Below are positions 6,865 through 8,242 of a stretch of 8,242 nt of DNA, one piece after another. The stretch lies in the IMG/VR virus record IMGVR_UViG_2698536379_000012. The stretch is one strand, 5' to 3'. The notes beneath the pieces were generated by a model. It searched no databases. It saw only the letters and a program-made list of their open reading frames with translations, and had not been told where the DNA came from. The translations under genes and the position numbers were made by a program. How positions within the stretch are numbered: the stretch's first letter is position 1; each line of letters begins with the position of its first letter. This DNA is from a virus. Taxonomy: Duplodnaviria > Heunggongvirae > Uroviricota > Caudoviricetes.

Positions 6865-7010
6865 TGGGGTGGCTAATGATATCAGATAAACTCATAACGC
6901 TGGTGAAGAGCCTCTGTGTACTTGTCGGCATTTCATTTTTAGTCATGCTGGTTGCCATTTTCTTTTCCACCGCCTGGCGAGTCCTGACGTTATCGGGACT
7001 GGTGGGGTGA
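6864..7010 (+). CDS. Small predicted membrane protein (about 44-48 aa) between ant and Rz
   Basis: ATG 6864 overlaps the ant stop (TGATG); an alternative in-frame ATG is at 6876. Translation [48 protein letters not shown] is one hydrophobic helix. Stop at TGA 7008-7010, 7 nt before the Rz start. Confidence 0.3.
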
Positions 7011-7017
7011 AAGAGAG

Positions 7018-7485
7018 ATGAACCGTGTTCTGTGTGTGGTGATTATTGTCCTGGCGGTTGGCTGTGGTGCGCTGTGGCTGGCAACAAACCATTACCGTGA
7101 CAACGCGCTCACCTACAAAGCGCAGCGCGATAAAAAAGCCAGAGAGCTGGAACAGGCGAATGCCACCATTACTGACATGCAGGTGCGCCAGCGTGATGTT
7201 GCTGCGCTCGATGCAAAATACTCGAGGGAGTTAGCCGATGCGAGAGCTGAAAATGAAACTCTGCGTGCTGATGTTGCCGCTGGTCGTAAGCGCCTGCGGA
7301 TCAACGCCACCTGCTCCGGTACCGTGCGTGAAGCCACCGGCACCTCCGGCGTGGATAATGCAACCGGCCCCCGACTGGCAGACACCGCTGAACGGGATTA
7401 TTTCATCCTCAGAGAACGGTTGATGACCATGCAGAAGCAGCTGGAAGGGACACAGGACTATATCCGCACTCAGTGCCTGAACTAA
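7018..7485 (+). CDS. Rz: Rz i-spanin (inner-membrane spanin subunit)
   Basis: N-terminal transmembrane helix [19 protein letters not shown], then a charged coiled-coil-like periplasmic domain. RBS AAAGAGAG. Contains Rz1 embedded in the +1 frame. 155 aa. Confidence 0.85.
   Translation: MNRVLCVVIIVLAVGCGALWLATNHYRDNALTYKAQRDKKARELEQANATITDMQVRQRDVAALDAKYSRELADARAENETLRADVAAGRKRLRINATCSGTVREATGTSGVDNATGPRLADTAERDYFILRERLMTMQKQLEGTQDYIRTQCLN
7238..7423 (+). CDS. Rz1: Rz1 o-spanin (outer-membrane lipoprotein), embedded in Rz in the +1 frame
   Basis: [61 protein letters not shown] has a lipobox (VVSAC), a Pro-rich mature region and the lambda Rz1-like C-terminus [17 protein letters not shown]. 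The start could instead be the second Met at 7253. Confidence 0.8.
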   Translation: MRELKMKLCVLMLPLVVSACGSTPPAPVPCVKPPAPPAWIMQPAPDWQTPLNGIISSSENG

Positions 7486-7685
7486 GTTTTGCTGATGCGC
7501 CGTATCGTCGCCGTATTCCTGCATTAACAGAGACCGCAGCCCGACAGGGAGACTCCTCTGCGAGAGTGTGCGGGGATAATCAAAAACGATACACACCGGG
7601 GTTTACCGCGTAAACGGAGCGCGGCGTTCTCCCCTCATGGTCGCCCGTCCGGTGCGATGGTGGAAGAAACTGGAATCTGTTCAAT

Positions 7686-7715
7686 AAAAAAACTGCCGTG
7701 TTGGAGTCACAGCAG
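7686..7715 (-). terminator. Rho-independent terminator candidate on the minus strand, downstream of the minus-strand ORF
   Basis: Minus strand reads CTGCTGTG-ACTCCAA-CACGGCAG (8-bp stem with one G-U wobble, 7-nt loop) followed by TTTTTTT (plus-strand A-run 7686-7692). Confidence 0.5.
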
Positions 7716-7847
7716 TAATGTACTGATTGGGTAGAAGATTATTATTGTTATGCTTTATTTTTATTCTATATGGCTGATTATTTCAATTCGGAATTAATAC
7801 AGCTAATGTCTGTGAGTTTTTATAAATTCAGCAATATAAAGAAATAG

Positions 7848-8075
7848 TTATATGAACAGCCATCGCAGAGCATACTGTGTATCATTCTTTTTTATAGTCA
7901 ACTGACGGGCATATTTTATGTCTGCTGCCAGCTCCCGGCGGCAAGATTCAATGACCCACGCAGAAAAATTTTCTGAACCTTTCTGGTCAAGAGCGATGTT
8001 AATTTGTTCAATCATCTGGTTTGGAAATCGGATGTTGCGGGTTGTTGTTCTGCGGGTTCTGTTCTTCGTTGACAT
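7848..8075 (-). CDS. Putative small ribbon-helix-helix-like DNA-binding protein (75 aa), unknown function, in an AT-rich segment
   Basis: MSTKNRTRRTTTRNIRFPNQMIEQINIALDQKGSENFSAWVIESCRRELAADIKYARQ... has a basic N-terminus, a candidate beta-strand (RNIRFP) and two helices in an RHH-like pattern. It is the only ORF here with its own downstream terminator. RBS is weak and the fold assignment is by pattern only. Confidence 0.4.
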   Translation of the reverse strand: MSTKNRTRRTTTRNIRFPNQMIEQINIALDQKGSENFSAWVIESCRRELAADIKYARQLTIKKNDTQYALRWLFI

Positions 8076-8222
8076 GAGGTTGCCCCGTATTCAGTGTCGC
8101 TGATTTGTATTGTCTGAAGTTGTTTTTACGTTAAGTTGATGCGGATCAATTAATACGATACCTGCGTCATAATTGATTATTTGACGTGGTTTGATGGCGT
8201 AGATGCACGTTGTGACATGTAG

Positions 8223-8239
8223 ATGATAATTATTATCAT
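8223..8239. promoter_or_regulatory. Perfect 8-1-8 palindrome ATGATAAT-T-ATTATCAT matching the Fur-box 7-1-7 core (TGATAATnATTATCA); candidate Fur operator
   Basis: The two arms at 8223-8230 and 8232-8239 are exact reverse complements. The surrounding 19-mer matches the GATAATGATAATCATTATC consensus at about 15/19. A second, weaker ATAAT..ATTAT element lies at about 8168-8181. The target gene is unknown and may lie beyond the window. Confidence 0.35.
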
Positions 8240-8242
8240 TTT

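Noticed and set aside
6199-6970. Minus-strand ORFs 6199..6408, 6333..6581, 6529..6768, 6612..6839, 6755..6970
   Set aside because: Antisense to the antirepressor-like gene and the small membrane ORF, with no RBS or recognisable motifs.
7046-7596. ORFs 7046..7234 (+), 7113..7385 (-) and 7231..7596 (-) overlapping Rz
   Set aside because: Only the +1-frame Rz1 is a recognised embedded gene; the others are shadow ORFs.
7918-8103. Plus-strand 61-aa ORF overlapping the minus-strand RHH-like ORF
   Set aside because: Its translation is low-complexity with no RBS. The minus-strand ORF has an RHH-like pattern and a matching downstream terminator.
1-8242. CRISPR array, IS or transposase, integrase or attachment site
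   Set aside because: No regularly spaced repeats, no transposase or integrase-like ORF and no terminal inverted repeats were seen. The only repeats are the 31-bp rusA duplication and the 11-bp tandem repeat.

Overview
This window reads as the late (antitermination and lysis) region of a lambdoid prophage of an enterobacterial host, probably E. coli or Shigella, all on the + strand except one gene at the 3' end. In order: the 3' end of a rusA-like resolvase gene broken by a 31-bp tandem duplication; a Q-like antiterminator candidate with four CxxCxGxG zinc-finger repeats; a candidate late promoter and two intrinsic terminators; a decayed TerB-family remnant plus a small membrane ORF; a nanS-p-like sialate O-acetylesterase split by a frameshift; two small unknown ORFs; a lysis cassette (dual-start S21-type pinholin, an unknown 114-aa ORF, a SAR endolysin, an antirepressor-like insert, and Rz with embedded Rz1); then an AT-rich segment with a minus-strand ribbon-helix-helix-like ORF and a perfect Fur-box-like palindrome at the window edge. 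No tRNA, rRNA, CRISPR array, transposase or toxin gene was seen. I did not find a clear, self-contained novel system; the most unusual items are two gene-inactivating lesions (rusA, nanS-p), the decayed cargo slot downstream of Q, the small membrane/acidic ORF pair, and the Fur-box-like palindrome. All protein-family calls rest on remembered motifs and gene order, not on database searches.
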